From assembly GCA_964234715.1 (NCBI GenBank), contig OZ174283.1: a stretch of 64,000 nt of DNA; one strand, 5' to 3'. Shown one piece after another: positions 25,701 through 39,117 of this stretch; the stretch's first letter is position 1, and every line of letters begins with the position of its first letter. Below the pieces are notes generated by a model. It had not been told where the DNA came from. It ran no database searches and worked only from the letters and a program-made list of their open reading frames with translations. Origin of the DNA: Podarcis melisellensis. Lineage: Eukaryota. The translations under genes and the position numbers were made by a program.

Positions 25701-26949
25701 TTGTAAAAAGCTGTCTCATTTCCTCGGTAATACAGTTTCTAATTCAATGATACAAATAAGCCTCCCACAATTTAGGGAGCACTTGTTTGTAAACTATCTA
25801 ATGTTCCCTACTCTGCAAACTGCAATAATCTCACCACATGACATAGCAATGCTAGAACTGGACACTGTATTATGAAAAGTGTGTTCCTAACAAAACATAA
25901 TCAGTGTTAGAGGGTAAGTAACTGATCTTTTCGTTGCTTGCGTCATCCTTACAAATTTGCTGACATGCTCCAGCTATTTCTCTTAGGATATTGGCTACCA
26001 AGCAAGAAAAAGTGAAAAGGCCAGAAAACATTGCCTTGGAGAGTTCATGTCTTTGTGAAGATGCTATTCTGCTTAGGCCAACTTAATTAGAACTGAACCA
26101 ATATAGATTGCATAGTGAATTTATCTGCAACATTATTAGGCATCTCAAAGAGAAAACAACAGGAAATCAGAAATTTTTTAAAAATAAGTGCATAGTCTTC
26201 CACTGAATTTAAGAAAACTATCTGGTGAGTAGTACAACTAAACGATTCCCAATGGCTGGATTGAATAAAATGTAAATTCATTTTAAAAAATGACCTTCCA
26301 TTCAAAATCAAATCTGTCTTTAATTTGAAAATCTAAGAATGTAGGTAGGTATGGTTATAAGATGCACACTGTCCTTTGTATTGCTTCTCAAACCTTGTTC
26401 TTATTTTTACAAAATTATGCTTTTCTAATCTGATATCTTGAGGAAAGTTACATTTTAGGCATTAAAGGTGCCTCACACTGCTAATCTCTATTTCCCCACA
26501 CTTCTGTCTAACCCTTTTCAACATATCTATTTTTCAAACATGTTTTTTTATCTAGCCTTTTTCTTGCAAGCTATGTCAGCCAGGAGTCATTTATCCATTT
26601 AAAGCAGAGATTGGGAACTTGTGGCCTTCTAGATGCTGTTGGATTCCATCAGCCCAGCCAGTATGCCCAGTGGTGAGAGATGATGGGAGCTGTAGTCTGA
26701 TCTAAGGCACACTATTTATGTTGTAGTAGGAATGTGAAATCACAGCAGCGCTGCTCCCTACTGTGCTTGCAGGTAGCACAAGAAACCCAGGACCACTCAG
26801 GAGGAGCCCATGCCAGTAGCCCAAAGGATGATGCCGAGATGCAGAATAACAACATTGCGAACTCCTCCCATGTGGTCTGGAGCTACTTGTGGTAGTGTGG
26901 TGGCAGTATACGCTAGAAAAAAACTACAGGAACAACATGCGTATTGAGT

Positions 26950-27350
26950 CTAACCCAGATATCTGAAGGACCCTGTCCTACCACGTAGACCTGCCCAGTT
27001 GTAAAGATCTGTAGGTGGGGTCCTCCTGGTACTATCACCAACCTCTGAGGTTTAAAGGGCGGCAGCATAAGCAAGGGCCTTTTTGGTGGTGGCCCTCAGT
27101 GAATGAACAGCTCTATTGTCCAAGATGCACCTGGCCCTGTCACTGTACAATTCCATTGACAGGTCAAGATGCACCTTTTTGCCCAAACCTTTGGATACAG
27201 CTTAGTGATATGGAGTACCCGCTTCTGTTTTATAAACTCTTTTAAAATACTGTTTTGAACTTATTTTTAATTACCGGTACTTAAAGTGTGTTCTGGAGAT
27301 GTCCATAACCTGCCCTGAGACCTTATAGTGAACGGCAGGCTACAAATTCA
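26950..27350 (+). mobile_element. Degenerate L2-clade LINE 3' fragment (similar remnants at about 23340-23600 -, 40100-40430 -, 53740-53960 +)
   Basis: Resembles the squamate L2-like 3' region (…AGGGCCTTTTTGGTGGTGGCCC…) followed by an AT-rich tail; heavily decayed. Confidence 0.5.
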
Positions 27351-29518
27351 AATGAACCAACAAGCCTCAAAGTGGATCTAGGAATCCAGAAGTGAGAGAG
27401 GGCATTTTAGCAGCTGCAGAAGAGACTGTTCCCCAAATATGACCCATACAACTGCCATGCAGCTTCTCCATGCAACTTGTCCACATGCTTTGTCCACATG
27501 ATGATGAGAACAGTGACAAAATGGAACACGGAATAAACTTGTTTTCTGCTATTGCTGAAAGGTCATAGCAGTGTAGTAAAACAACAAAATTGTGACTGCC
27601 TAATCGCCCCACCCAATCTGAAGTTTCTGCCATCGCCATCACATTGCTCCCAACAAATTCCAACGCGGGACAAATTCACAATAGCTTTTACCCCTACTGC
27701 ACAATGTCAGGAAAACCCAAACATAGCAAGAGTTTTCATGGCAATGATATGGCCCCACAGTTTCTGAGCCTCCATACCTTCCTTGTTTGTCCATGTCCTT
27801 CCTTCCAATAATATTTAGTCCCTCCAGTTCTTAAGCCCTTTGTGAAATCTTACATCAGACCTTTGTCTCTCCTTTTTCCAGATTCATGCTGGCCGTTCTT
27901 TTCCCTCAATTCCCTGTCTCGTGGCCCAGTCTCACATCAGTCAATGACTGCTTGCATCAGCCATTGGTTCATAGTCCTCCTCCATGCTTTTTCAACCCTT
28001 CTGTCCCATCCCCATCCCCCGCCCCCATCTCACATCATACTTCAGGCAACAGAATACATTTTCTCACCTTTCTTAAGCCCCAAGATTTCCCATTCTTATT
28101 AACCACTCCTTTCAATACCTAGGTTAATTTGCTTGCCTGTCTTTTCAGTGGCCACTGTCTCCTCTACTTACTCTTCCCTCCGGTTTCTGACTCATAGCCC
28201 TAGGCTACTCTGCACTCCCTCAATGAACTCCATGTCTGGGTTCCTTATGCCTGGAATCCTCCTCTCCTTGGATCTCTTCCACAACACTTCCTTCCCCTGG
28301 GGCCTATGATCTTTTTCATATGAACAGCTCACAGTTTCATTCCCTTAGCCACTGTAATGCTTATGAACATTCCATGTTGTTGCAGCAGGATATGAAGATG
28401 AGCATACGTTTTCTTCATCACTGAGTTACACAAACCTCAACCAGGGGCCAGGATTCATGGAAAATGACTCTCCTGGGCGGACTTGCTCCCAGCGTCACAG
28501 AATAGGACAAGAAAAGGAGGGGAGAGCACATAGGGAGACAAGAGAGATGGTAAATATGCTAGGCAGGCGAAGACAAAGGGATACTAGGTGAGGTAAGAAG
28601 AGGGGACCAAGCACAAGACAAGGCAAAGCAGGTTCCATGGTTTGCGAAGCTCTCAGCAATAATCCCCTGGTGGACACTTCTCCTAGCTTCCCGGGCGAGG
28701 TCTAATCCTCCCAACACACCGCCCAGAGGGAGATGACCAAATCAGCAGCTACTGCTCCTTGCAACTACCTCCACAACTTGCTGACCTGAGCAGGCAAGAA
28801 GCATCTGGTGCTACCTTCACTTTTTCTGTCTGAGTGTTCTTCAATCATGGGTCTCCAAATGTTGTTAGACTGCAGTTCCCATCATCCCCGACCACTGGGA
28901 AAGCTGGCTGGACATGATGGAAATTCTGGTCCAACACCTGGAGACCCAAGGTTGAGGAGCACTGTGCTAGATGGCATGGCCACTGGAACTGGGTGAAACA
29001 GGCCTAGCCTTCCCAGAGGGAGCCTATGAAGCTGCTCCTTGAGGATACCTGACAGTAGAGATGCTAGAAGCAAAGCCCTGTCCTCTGTGCTGCCCAGAGG
29101 GAGACGGTGATGAAGTGGAGGCAATGGCTGCTCTTAACCTCCATCACTTGCCCACAGATCAGTCTCACCTTGCCTGCTCACTCCTTCTAAGCAGCAGTGC
29201 CCAGCCTATTTCCTATTGCTACTGACTGCAGACAGAAAAGCCACTTCATTGGACAGTTGCCTGCTTCCCTGCATGGGTGTTAGGAGCTACTGCTGCCACT
29301 GTGACATGTCTTGTCACAACATCCAAACAGGATTCAGACTTCTCTGTGGATCCCCCTGACAGTGGTGGTGGTGGCAGCGGCGGCTTGTCAGGGGTGGGTA
29401 CCAGCGGACTTTTCCAAAGTACTGGTGCCTAAGCTATTCACCAATACCAGCCTCTGCTGCCAGCCCTAGAGTAGGATATGAATGCGGCGTGTGTGATGGA
29501 ATAAAAATAATAAGGGTA

Positions 29519-29718
29519 TGTTGTTGTTTAATCATTTAGTCGTGTCTGACTCTCTGTGACCCCATGGACCAGAGCATGCCAGGCACTCCTGTCTTCCACT
29601 GCCTCCCGCAGTTTGGTCAAACTCATGCTGGTAGCTTCGAGAACACAGTCCAACCATCTCATCCTCTGTCATCCCCTTCTGCTTGTGCCCTCAATCTTTC
29701 CCAGCATCAGGGTCTTTT
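29519..29718 (-). mobile_element. BovB (RTE-clade LINE) 3' end
   Basis: Minus strand AAAAGACCCTGATGCTGGGAAAGATTGAGGGCAC...AGAGGATGAGATGGTTGGA...CCATGGGGTCAC...GACACGACTAAATGATTAAACAACAA matches the BovB 3' terminus. A shorter piece lies at 62517-62585. Confidence 0.88.
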
Positions 29719-30089
29719 ATGGGTTATTTGTATGTTTTCAGCGTTGTTCCATTCATTAGATTTCTGCAAGAAAGAAAAGTGGAGCTGCTTGATGGCAAAT
29801 GCCCTGCCCCTTTTCAATGGGCACTTGCCACCATGGCTATGTGCACCATGGCTTCCCTGCACTATCAGGGAAATGATGTGTCTCAATACAATATCGAGAA
29901 CTGTGAGTGGGCACAGAGTGCTGTTCAGCTCAGGTCCAGCTTGCAGAGCTTGTACAGGCACCCAGGCACCTGGTAGGCCACTGTGAAAACAGGATGCTGA
30001 GAGCTTAGTGAAGTGTGGGCTGCTAGTTCCAGTTCCGCAGCTTGCTGACAGCTCTACCTTCGGCTTCTTCCCAGCATCCTTCATCAGCA

Positions 30090-31460
30090 CTCTGGGTCGC
30101 GCAGCCCGCAGGATGAACTGAACCGGAATCCCGCGCGCGTCCAACTTCCCTCGCCACCGTCGTCCCAGGCTCTGGGGTTGATTGATTGATTGATTAAAGG
30201 AGGGGGAGTGGGCAAAACCCTGAGCTTGGGTTGGATGCTCCTGGGATGACGTCACGCCCTCGCGCTTCCAATCACTCCCAGCCTTCGTTTCCCTACGGCC
30301 TCCCTTTCCTTTGCCCAATCGGAAGCCGGCATTTCCCCCGCGCGCGCTCTCTCTCTCTCCCTCCTCCCCTTTCCCACTTCTCCCTCAGCGTCTGAAGTCA
30401 TCGGAATGAGCAGGAACTCGCTCCAGACTGCCCCGACTACTTGCCCCGCCCACGCCAGTCAGCTGCTGCTGCTACTGCTACTGCTGCGCGCGCCCGGCCT
30501 GCCCGTGCGCGAGCGCGCCTCCCGCGAGAACTCCCGTCCTGCCGCTTCTCTTTCCTCCTCCCGCCTCCTCAGGTTCTGTCCCTCTCTCCCCCCCCCCCGC
30601 CCCTCTCTCAGCGAGGGCGCTCGAGCGTCGCCGCTCCAAGCGGGAAAGAAGAAAGTTACTCAGCGGGGAGGGGAGGGGGAGCGAAGAGGGAGCGAGGGGG
30701 CGGGGCCACCGCCTGGTCTGGTGGGCGGGGGAAGGAGCCCTGCCTGCGGCATAGTCTGCTCGCCTGCCGGACGGAGGAGCCCGCGCTCGGGATGGGGAGA
30801 AGCGACTGGCGTGGCGGCGGCGTCGCACCGGAGGAGGTGAGGTCCCTCAGGGGACGCGGCGGCGGTGTTGCTGAGGTGGCCGTGGAGTGGGGTGTGGGGG
30901 GCTCCCATGAGGGGGAAGCGGGGAGAGAGAGCGAGTGAGGAGCGCCGGCCGAAGAGGCACGACTGGGGAGGAGGAGGAGGGGAAGGGAAGCGAGGTGGCC
31001 AACGGCTGGCCTTTCGAAAAGCCGGTCGGTTGAGACCTGGGGGGGGGGCGGTAGGGAGCGGGGCCCTTGGCCAGCTTCTCTCCCTTCCACGTCCACACAC
31101 ACCCTCACCCTCCTCCCTCCAGCCTGGAACTTCCTGGCACGGAAAGTTTTTCCTCCGGCGGCAGGTGCCTGAGGCGGTGGCGGCGGCGGCGGGTGTGAGC
31201 TGAGCTTGCCCCCTCACGGGCCAGCTCGTTGCTGCCCCCTCGGATTTGGCCCAGCATGTCTGGTGGTCGAGCTGGTCGGCTTCTGGTGCGGGGGGGGGGG
31301 GGACGGGACCCCAGACACGACACGCCTCTGCTGCCACCAAAACCCCTCGCATTCTCACGCATCCCTCCAGGGCCCTTCGCGGGGTGGGCGGGGGTGGTGG
31401 ACGGTAGGGTCTCCTTGGTGAAAAGCCTTTCTTTCTCGTCCACCATCGCCTTTAAAACAA
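30090..31460 (+). promoter_or_regulatory. USP53: CpG island: USP53 promoter and first non-coding exon(s)
   Basis: Abrupt GC/CpG-rich block in an AT-rich background, about 7 kb upstream of the USP53 ATG. Full CRE TGACGTCA 30247-30254, CCAAT at 30268 and 30315, CGGAAG at 30320, GC boxes; plausible first donor GAG|gtgagg at 30836/30837. Confidence 0.85.
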
Positions 31461-32805
31461 CAAGAAGAACCTGTTCCTCTCCTCCCCGCTGTATATTTTT
31501 CCTTCTGTTTGTCGAGCCGTTTTTTTAACCCTTTACAAAATAATAATAAAACTCTCTTCCTCCTTGTTTACTACTTCACGCTTTCTGCTCCAGCCGTATC
31601 TGTTTATTGGCTGTTGAAATGGCTGGGTTTATGACTCTCCGCCCATACCTTGCTCTTTAATCCGGAGCCTTCCTTAAGTGTTTACATGCTGCCGCTCAGC
31701 CACAGCGTGTGGTACGGTTTCTGATTTTCCCCTCTCTCCTCTCCTCCTAAAAGCCCCCTCCATGGTTAATTTCAGCAGATATTATTACATCGAATGCAGA
31801 AGCAAGTAATCAGCATGCTTGTGACTGGAAAGCGTGTTTAGGGCGAGGAATGGTCCGAGGTTGAGAGACTGGCCCACGCACTGGGCCATTGTTTTGACTG
31901 CCGTTGCATCAGACAAGGTTTTGCTAAATTTAACCTTTCCAGATCATTGAAACCTGTGTGAATAGGATCTGCATAGTATCCAGTACAGTATCTGATTTCC
32001 CATTCTTGGGTATGTGTTAGTCAGTTCCCAGCAGATTTTTGGCCCTGTTTTAATCCTGTGTCTTCTCTAATTTGAGTTTGTTGATCTTCTTGCATGAAAA
32101 AGACCCGCAAATGACATGCTATATTCTTTAAAAAAATATTTTTGTGGTTTGCATAAAATACTTGGGATACCCTAATTCTGAGTATTTATGTTCATGAACA
32201 TGCTACATCAATGAAACTTCATTTTGTTAATGTGGCTAGCTTCAAAAGTGTTAACATAAGTGTTAATTTTTAACCTGGATGTTACACACATGCTCAGTGA
32301 TTGGCATTAAGTAAGGAAACTGCTTTTGAAGTTTATAGGCAGTTTATGTGTGGCTTGCTGTAGTGCTTATGAAATGAAAGGGTGACATAACTATTAGGTA
32401 TTTGCAGTTTTCTTCACTGAGCAGTAGAACTGATACTTTGTTTGCTGTGAAGTTTTTCAGATACCATATTCATGCTTTTGTGAAAGAGTCACCCAGGGAA
32501 CTTTGGTAATAACACAGTATTTGGATGAATAAATACTTGCAGTATGCATTGAATGGATAAATACATGTACAGTATTAGCTTGTTTGTTGGGTGGGATATA
32601 TTTCTTGCCCAAAGCCACGCTTCATAGAAGCAAGTAGTACAGCACAGGTGGCTGCAGTGGGGGTGGGGAGAATTAACAGAAATTGGAGCCCTTCACCCTT
32701 GAGTGAACAGAAGTACCTTTCTGAAAACAGGTCCAATTGAGCACAGTAGTATTTGCTCCTCCGAGCTTCAATACCCAATGTGTTAATTCTTTTAATGCAG
32801 TAAAG

Positions 32806-32905
32806 GTAATAAAGGTAAAGGACCCCTGGACGGTTAAGTCCAGTCGAATTCGACTGTGGGGTGCAGCACTCGTCTTTGCTTGCAGGCTGAGGGAGACAGC
32901 ATTTC
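32806..32905 (-). mobile_element. Sauria SINE 3' fragment
   Basis: AAAGGTAAAGGACCCCTGGACGGTTAAGTCCAGTC... is the reverse complement of the (ACCTTT)n-tailed Sauria SINE end. Confidence 0.75.
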
Positions 32906-33341
32906 TGAAGAAACCCATTGAAAAATCAAATAGTAAAAAAATATTGTAGCAATTGTCTTAAGTGAATATAATTCATACTTTGAACTGAATAAAGCAGATC
33001 AGATTGCAGTATTTGCCAGTAATGTTAAACGGCTATAAATCTTGGAAGCGTTTCAAACTAGATTCAAAACATCAGATTCAGGCATTGTTTCAGTAATCTG
33101 TCAAATGCCTTGCAGAGTAAGAAGTGGAAACTCTCAAGCCATAGTTATTTGATGTTTTCAAAACTTTCCCGTTTATTTATTTTTGTTTCCACCTACCTGA
33201 AAACTGACTTCACGTATTCAGGACGTGGTTCCACCCCTGTGCATTGTATGAAAAGATTATTACTGGAATCTTGATGTTAAATTCACAAGTCTCGTGACAT
33301 AGAAGTTCTTTCTAAGTCTTCTAAGATTTAGTTTGCTAGAG

Positions 33342-33477
33342 CATGCATAGGCAAACTCGGCCCTCCAGATGTTTTGGGACTACAACTCCCATCATCCCTG
33401 ATCACTGGTCCTGTTAGCTAGGGATGATGAGAGTTGTAGTCCCAAAACATATGGAGGGCTGAGTTTGCTTATGCCTG
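33342..33477. mobile_element. Palindromic hAT MITE (family also at about 26604-26700, 28843-28965, 39974-40088, 59690-59775)
   Basis: Near whole-length inverted repeat (GGACTACAACTCCCATCATCCC / GGGATGATGAGAGTTGTAGTCC); TSD TGCTAGAG / TGCTAGGG. Confidence 0.88.
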
Positions 33478-35959
33478 TGCTAGGGGAGTGGGCTTATAGT
33501 GTTAAAGTATACCATTTTGCAATATGAAACTATGAAATAAGTAATTTCGTTGTCCCCGAGAGGGGGCAATGACAATAAAGATATTATTATTATTAAGAAA
33601 TACTCTTTCCAAGAAAACTTCTCAGAATGGAAATATGAGCATATTGAGGAAGCAGTGTAGAACTTGTTTTTATGTCAACTGGCTTTCTGGAGAGTAGAGG
33701 GTTGAAATTTTAAAATGGGTAAAAATATTTTTTTTTTGACCTTTTAGGTATAACATAGGACCTTCAGCTATAAAACGAAATAACTCTAGATCATTAGTTG
33801 CAAGAGGGATGCACTAGCACTAGCACTAGTTTAGCACAGTCGTGCAAAACTGAATATTTAAACAATGTGCACCACTCAAAAAAGTATATTTTCTGTGGTG
33901 GTGGGGAGCTCGTTCCATTTGCATAAGGGACTGTTTATCCAGAAGGAGGAAGAACTAAAATCATAGCCCCCCCCCCCAAGGTTCAAACAAGAGTAGAGTT
34001 CCACTAAAGGTAAATTCTTGAGGGTCAGAAGCAATTTCTGAGTATGTATTTATTTAAAATCACAATTGTCTCCGAGCTTTGCGGATCAGACTGAATACAA
34101 TAAAGATTAAATCAGTTAAACTATAAAATCAGAAATTACTTAAAATACCTGCTGGAATAAGAACATATTCAGTAGATACTGGAAGTTCAACAGGAAGGGC
34201 CCTGTCTAATCCTAGGTCCTATGAAATGTAAAGGATTTTGGGGAAGAGATAGCTCTCCTTCAAACTAAAAAGCTCACTATGTCAATAAATATATTTATTA
34301 AATATGGTCATATTTTAACTTCATTAAATGGAAGTTGCTGTACTTTTTATTCTTACTGGGAGAAGTGAGTCAGACAATGCTGCATGTTGTGGCTGCTTTA
34401 TCATGGAAGAATAGTGGTGGTAATGGCTGATACAGTGGGGATGATGTCAGGAACTCTGTTTAAATCAGCAGGTATTACAAATGGCCTGCCACTGTTAGCT
34501 AAGTACATAAGACCTGTACTGGATCAGACCAAAGGCCTGTTTAGTCTGGCATCCTATTTTCCAAAGTGGTCACCCTGGAGTTTCCTGAAAGTGCACAAAA
34601 AGGGCATGATAACAACAGTTCTCCCACAGACAAGGTGTGTGGCCACTGATCATGGATATTTATGGTTGATAAACAAACTGTTGATAAACAAACCTTCCAT
34701 TAATGTGTCTAAGCAAGTGACAATCATTTATATTTTGTGGCAGGAAATTCCATAAGTTTATGCATCATGTGTGAAGTAGTACTTCCTTTTGACTATTGTG
34801 AATCTACCATATTTAATTTGCCTGAGTGTCAATAGTATGAGAAAAGGAGAAGCATTTCTCTGCTTTCTCTACAACATTCTTAACTTCTATCATGATGTTC
34901 CCTCTTCTGAACTAAAAAGCCCCAGCCTTTCTGTTGTTAGGGAAAGTATCTCATTGGAGTTGCCAACTTTCACAGCTCTGATACTCTTTTTGACATGGGG
35001 ATTCTGGGTGTTAAAAAGCCACTTGCAGTTTCTGTTCATAGGACAAATTATTATGGACTTCTGCTGAATGTTGCACACGGGTTAATATTCCTTTGTGTTG
35101 TGTTGCTTTGTGTTGATAAAGGTATTTTGTATTTGCTACCACTCCTAACAGTATTTTAAGTCAGCCAAAAAGAAAGTTCTTTTGAGACTGGCCTGCATAC
35201 ATTTGTCAGCATTTTTGTAATAATTATTGGTTCTCTGAGAACAGACAGTGTTTTGTTTTTAGACCACCCATGGTGCCTAGCATCAAATGATGAAATGAAT
35301 ATTTTCATGTTTGTTTTCTCTAATTTTGGTTAATACCATAAACATATTATTTCAGTAACCTCACACACAAAGAAAAATTGTCAGTCTGTTGTTTGAATCT
35401 GGGTCTAGAAGCACAAAAAATGTGGAGTGGTTCAGAAAATGTGCAAGAGGTTGGGTAGGGAAATAAACCTAATGTGTTACTCACATAAGGTGGATTTAGT
35501 GTTTGAAAATATATTGTAATGCTGGGCTTCTACCAAGTTGCTTTGGATGTTTCATTCATCTGACATTTTGGGTATGTAGATGTATTCCAATTTATGTGGA
35601 AATGTATATAGGCTCTTGTTTTGAGCATACCTTAGCTGTTAAAATTTAGTGCTAGTACCTCTGGAACTGAAATAACAAGTTGCTACAAGAAGTGCAGTTT
35701 AAGTGATACCATTGCATGAGTACAAAGAGTTCTATAGAACTAGTGGAAAAATACATAAAATGTTGGCTTGGTTCAAAGTAACGTTATTCTCTTTTTGTAC
35801 AGCCTTTATCTGTAGTTACACTCATTCAGTACTACAAATATCTTTTCTCAGAAGTCAACTATCTAATGTTTTTATTTTGTCTTCTGGATTTACTCATTAC
35901 CTGTGTATCCTTTTGGTTGTATTGTAGCTCTAAAAAGACAGCTAACTGAGCAGCACTGA

Positions 35960-36620
35960 GTAACTGTCAGAATAATATTAATAGTAATCCAGTCAGGATA
36001 TTTCAAGAGCATAGATGATCATGGGCAGACCATCCCCATCCAAGAGCAGTCATAGCTGCTGAACCAGCTAAAGCTGGAAAAAGGCCACCTGGGCCTCAAA
36101 TGACAGAGCTTGATCAAGGGATATTGTTGAGTACAGCTTCATCCAGAACAGTCTGCACTCCCAGAGTCTGAACACAAGAACACTGGTGCATGTGACCTCA
36201 GACTTACTGGGATTTAGCTTCAGTTTCTTGATCTTTATCCAGCCCAATACCGTCCAAATATTGGTCAGTCTCACCTGATTCAGTGGCAAGAGAAGTAGAA
36301 CTAAATATTATTAGCTTATTGATGGTGCCTCACCCAAATTCTCCTAATGCCGCCACCCAGTCAGTGGCTTCATATAGATCAGAGATGGGAACCTGTGGTC
36401 CTCTAGATATTGGACTCCAGCTCCCATCAATCCCAGCCAGCATGGCAAGTGGTCAGAGATGATGGGAGTTGTAATCCAGCAATATTTTGAGGGCCACAGA
36501 TTCTCCATCTCTGATATAGATGTTAAAAAGATTGATATAATAGAACATTGTGGGATCCCACAGCACAACTGGAATGGGGGTTGAGCAGTCCCCCATGCCA
36601 TCTTCTGAAGCTAACCCTGT
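35960..36620 (-). mobile_element. Fossil L2/CR1-clade LINE reverse-transcriptase fragment
   Basis: Minus-strand remnants of RT motifs in the expected order: CGIPQCSII (GVPQGS), NIYMKPL, HQ*ANN (decayed YADD), WIKIKKLKLNPSKSEV (WM..NKLKLNP.KTE); stops and frameshifts present. Confidence 0.8.
36380..36513. mobile_element. Palindromic hAT MITE inserted into the LINE fossil
   Basis: CAGAGATGG ... CCATCTCTG ends; perfect 8-bp TSD ATATAGAT. Confidence 0.9.
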
Positions 36621-38034
36621 AGATAGGTTGGAGCCACCCTATATCTATGCCTTCTGTCCCCAATCCACGAAGCCTGTGTTACTGCATTTTATTTTATTAA
36701 AAGTCACTGTAGGAGCAAGGAGGAGACGAGCAGGGTTGCATTCCAACTCCTGGCAGTGATCATTAGGGCAACTAAAGCTGTTTCAGTATAAAACCAAACC
36801 TAGGCACAGAATGAAATGGGTCTAGGTAATGAGTTTCATCCAAAAGCACATTGAGTTGGCTGCCAACAGGTATTTGTGCCCCAAGGACTTCATATGTTAT
36901 GCTTTCAATATATAGAAACCAAGAATTGGAAAAGAAAGCTAACAGCTGGATCTTAAGAAAAGTTAATTCAAAGGTCCATAGAAAGAAAGCTTTCTGTTCC
37001 ATTATCATAACTACATTCCCCACATTGAGACCCACGTTGGACGAATGATTCCTACACTGCAGGGGGTTGGAATAGATAACCCTTCCCATTCTACTTTTCT
37101 ATGATTGAGTTCAACATGGTCAGCTTATGAAATGCCTTGATTAGTTAGCACTCTCTTTTTGTAGTGGTTGACAGTAGTTAAATATGAGGTGATGATTTTA
37201 GGAAGTTTTTTAATCAGTTGGTAGATGTATTATACTTGGTAGATGCTTTATACCAAGGTTCCATTGGCAAATGTTAAGGTGAAATGCATGTTGCATCATC
37301 TGTATGTTCTTCTGACAGATTCCTGGGATCACTCATTTCAAATGAAGACCAAATGAAATGGTCTTGGAAATTGAAGTTATTAAATCCACTTACTATCTCT
37401 CTCTTCAGCTCTTACAACCCATCTCTTCATCCCAACTAAATAGCTGGAATAGAGAGAAGCCCTGTGTATCCATCTCTGTTCTGTCTTTGCTGCTGTCAGC
37501 TGTGTACTTCAACTCTTTTGCTAATTTCAGATTCCCTCTCCCTTTCTCCTTACAGATTTTGAAAGAAGACAGATACACAGTGGAATTACTTTTGCAAACC
37601 ACAGGAAGAAATGTGATTTATTTCTTAAAACGAAGAGAAAGAACCAACCTGCAAAAAGACTGATTATAGCTAAAACTAGCTAAGAATTCCTGTTTTTTTT
37701 CAATATAAAGCTGCCATAGTATTTAAGAATTATCTTCCAAAGAATCATTTGCACTAATATTGAAGAAGAAAAGGTGAAATGCTATAAAGATTGTCCATAA
37801 GTATTTGTATGGCTTATCATCATAATATTACATGATCTACTCATCAGAACAAAGTTTTTCACATTTTATTTTATCTCTATTTTTTAAAATAAAAAGAGCA
37901 GATGTGATATTGACTTAATGCAATCTGAAGACTTGGACTTCTGAACACAATGCCGTAACTTAAAGGCAATTGTCAGGACTAGGTTTGCTTTGCTTGGAAT
38001 CCTTCAGTCTTATTTTATAAACATTGTTTCCTAA

Positions 38035-38208
<174 letters not shown>

Positions 38209-38999
38209 TAAAACGCAGCTCAAAGACCTATTTAGTCCAGCATCGTATTTCACGTAGTGTCCAATCAGATGAAGCCTACAAGCTTCGTAAGTTATATTGA
38301 AAGCTGGCTATTAATATCTTTAAAATGCAACCCCCCCTCCGCCATTCACTATGTATCTTCCAAGATTGTACATGATGACAAGAATGAGAAGGAGCAACAG
38401 CCTCCATTTTTCTTGCCTTGCCTTGCCTTTTGTACAGTTTGGTTCCAGAAGGAGGGGATGCAAGTGAATTGGCAATAGTGACTGTGGTGAGGAGGTGAGT
38501 CCACAAGAACCCAACAGCCAGCAGCAAATTGAAGTCTATTGTATATAATTTATAGACTCTTGAAACCAATGTTTCTATGAAGCATATATATACTAATCTT
38601 ACCGTTCCTAACCTTGAGTCTCCCAATGTATTTGCTAAGCAATTCAGGCCAACAAATAACTTTCATGTAATTTGAAACTTTTTTTAAAAAAACACCCACA
38701 AGGCTAGCAAATGACCACAGTGGCTTCCCATTATTGAGCTGGTGTATTTTCCAGAAAGGGCTGCCATTTTCCCTTGTATGATGGCTAGCATGTCTGATAA
38801 TTGCTGCTTGTTTGTATGAAGAGGCTCTTATTCTACTTATGCTGAATTTGTAGGACTTCATAATATTGTGGTAATTTGTATTCCACAGAAAATACATGTT
38901 AAGCTGCAACTGAATTTTACCTTAGTTGTGCTAAATTACATTTTGCTTTAGTATGCACATATTATCAATGTTTGTCATTTAATCATTTTTGGTAGAAGA

Positions 39000-39117
39000 C
39001 ATGGAAATGCCATTTACCTTCTCACCACAGCGGTACCTATTTGTGTACTTGCACTGGTGTGGTTTCGAACTGCTAGGTTGGCAGAAGCTGGGGACCGAGC
39101 AACGGGAGCTTACCCAC
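39000..39117 (-). mobile_element. Sauria SINE internal fragment
   Basis: TTTACCTTC...GCGGTACCTATTT...TTTCGAACTGCTAGGTTGGCAG...GGGACCGAGCAACGGGAGCT, characteristic of lacertid Sauria SINE. Confidence 0.8.

Noticed and set aside
29707-31528. Many overlapping 100-230 aa ORFs on both strands, including 30406-30840 with a signal-peptide-like poly-Leu
   Set aside because: Expected from stop-codon scarcity in a CpG island. The poly-Leu comes from an interrupted CTG repeat, and splicing the 30836 donor to the 37319 or 37556 acceptors reaches a stop before the USP53 ATG.
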